Source: Azolla caroliniana (Eukaryota; Plantae; Polypodiophyta). Taken from it: a stretch of DNA of 64,000 nt. The translations under genes were made by a program, and so were the position numbers. Every line of letters starts with the position of its first letter. Position 1 is the stretch's first letter. The stretch covers positions 16,244,001-16,308,000 of the forward strand of contig JBHGNT010000015.1 of assembly GCA_043228905.1 (NCBI GenBank), written 5' to 3'. Below, piece by piece: positions 62,536 through 64,000 of the stretch. A model generated the notes under the pieces. That model had not been told where the DNA came from, did no database searches, and was given only the letters and a program-made list of their open reading frames with translations.

Positions 62536-62628
62536 TATAAGGGTTGAACCCATGACCTCCTGGTCTCCATTGGGCAACCTTACCAACTGAGCTCTCCCTC
62601 CCTCTAGCCCCATCACTCCTACTAATGC
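62530..62628 (-). mobile_element. tRNA-derived SINE
   Basis: On - strand: GAGCTCAGTTGGTAAG (A-box)...GAGGTCATGGGTTCAACCC (B-box). Partial copies at about 62035-62070 and 63209-63240. Confidence 0.7.
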
Positions 62629-63046
62629 TACAAGCCAATCAAGGGATACACAAATGGGCTTTCGACACAACATAACAAAGGGGTTACAATAGATCGGGCA
62701 ATAGCAATTTGTCGTGCACGTAGGCCCCAACCCCATGGACCATGACCTTAGCACCCTTGTCATCGACAAATAAAGGTCATTTTTCTCCCGCCATCGCAGG
62801 TGCTTCCCTCGCTTCGAAGACCTCTCTATTCTGGATTGACCAATGCTAGAGATATTTCGAAGACAAAAGTTACAATATATCTAATTTGAGAATCTCACAG
62901 CAAGATTCCCTCGTCTCTTGTTATCTTATTTACTATTATATTGAATATTTATTTTATTTTTCTTTGTTGTTCTCAAAGACCGAGACAAAACTTAAGATGT
63001 AATCTCTAGTTTGGTCTTAGAGGCCATTTTGGCCTCTTAAGAGACG

Positions 63047-63077
<31 letters not shown>

Positions 63078-63834
63078 TTCTTTCTTTCTCTAGTTTCATC
63101 GGAAATTAACAAACTTACCCTAGTAGTGGTTAATGTTCGCGCCACACCTCTCTTTTACACCATAAAATATTTTCTTAACTTACATACATACATATTGATA
63201 TGCCATTGGTGGAATGTAAGGGGTTGAACTCATGACCTCTTTCTCTCTCTCTCTCTCTAGTATGTGTGTGTGTGTGTCTCTCTCTAGTATGTATGTGTGT
63301 GTGTGTCTCTCTCTCTAGTATGTGTGTGTGTGTGTGTTCTCTTCCATGAACAGAGAGAGCAGGTAGAGAGGAAGAGGAAGCAGAGGAGGGAGGGAGGGAG
63401 GTCTTCTCTGTTTCTCGTGTGAAATGGCGGTTGCCAGCCATATGCCATGGCCATCATGGCCATGGCTCTGCTTCCCCCCTCCCTCCCTCCCTCCCTGCCA
63501 TGGCGCCTTCCCCAAACCTCTGCATTCCCCTAACGCCCATTTCTGCGCGTTTTGAGACCCTCTCCCACCTGCTCTGGGACCCATGGGATAGGGAGGGGAA
63601 GGAGGGCTTGTTCAAATCATCAGACATATCCCAATCCTTCCCCTTACCCCACCCCACCCCACAAATACCATCTTCCTCCTCCTCCTCCTCCTCCGGAATG
63701 CGCTGCCTCAATCGACTCTATGCGAATGTGAGCGCGTGAAATTGGTACCTTCTCTCGAGAAGAGTCTGGCATTCCTTCATTGGCGACTCGGATTTGGATG
63801 CGAAGTACAGTGTTTGAAATTGAAATTGTGGATT

Positions 63835-64000
63835 ATGATGCCGCCCCCGCGGCCTACCCTGCTTGATGTAGAAGACACTGACAAGGAGATACCATTGGGA
63901 TGGGAAGGAGCAAAATTCCCCTTATCAAAACTGGACCTTACCAAGCTTTCACTGGATTATGCAAAGCAAGTCAGGCGGTCCCCACGCCAATCAACCACCC
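63835..64000 (+). CDS. Possible 5' start of an unidentified gene running off the window (MMPPPRPTLLDVEDTDKEIPLGWEGAKF...)
   Basis: Frame open from 63592 to the window end, GC-rich, and preceded by a GA/CT-rich promoter-like region at 63240-63500. No recognisable domain. Confidence 0.3.
   Translation, partial: MMPPPRPTLLDVEDTDKEIPLGWEGAKFPLSKLDLTKLSLDYAKQVRRSPRQSTT

Overview
Repeat-rich eukaryotic nuclear DNA from a land plant. A non-seed plant such as a fern is my inference, from a Tcn1/Tf1-type chromovirus, large TE-filled introns and dense microsatellites. Three host genes are supported: an intronless FANTASTIC FOUR (FAF)-domain gene (+, 13189-14142), an 8-exon exosome subunit RRP45 gene (+, 44344-52897) and a convergent 6-exon RNA polymerase II subunit RPB4 gene (-, 54929-57906). 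A possible further gene starts at the right edge. The centre (about 22.7-43.6 kb) is a four-layer nest of LTR retrotransposons: a Tat-like Ty3 element (-) is split by a chromovirus (TSD TTGTC), which is split by a Ty1/copia element (A), which is split by a younger relative (B); a solo LTR also sits in the chromovirus. The window also holds decayed LINEs, hAT- and Mutator-type MITEs with TSDs, tRNA-derived SINE-like units and solo LTRs. The most unusual signals are a frame-conserved ~245-codon extension of the copia polyprotein beyond RNase H bracketed by two PPTs, a Tf1-like self-priming signature in the chromovirus, and a ~3.4 kb fold-back inverted repeat in RRP45 intron 6. I see no evidence of a prokaryote-style novel system. 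All family assignments come from motif recognition by eye, not database searches.
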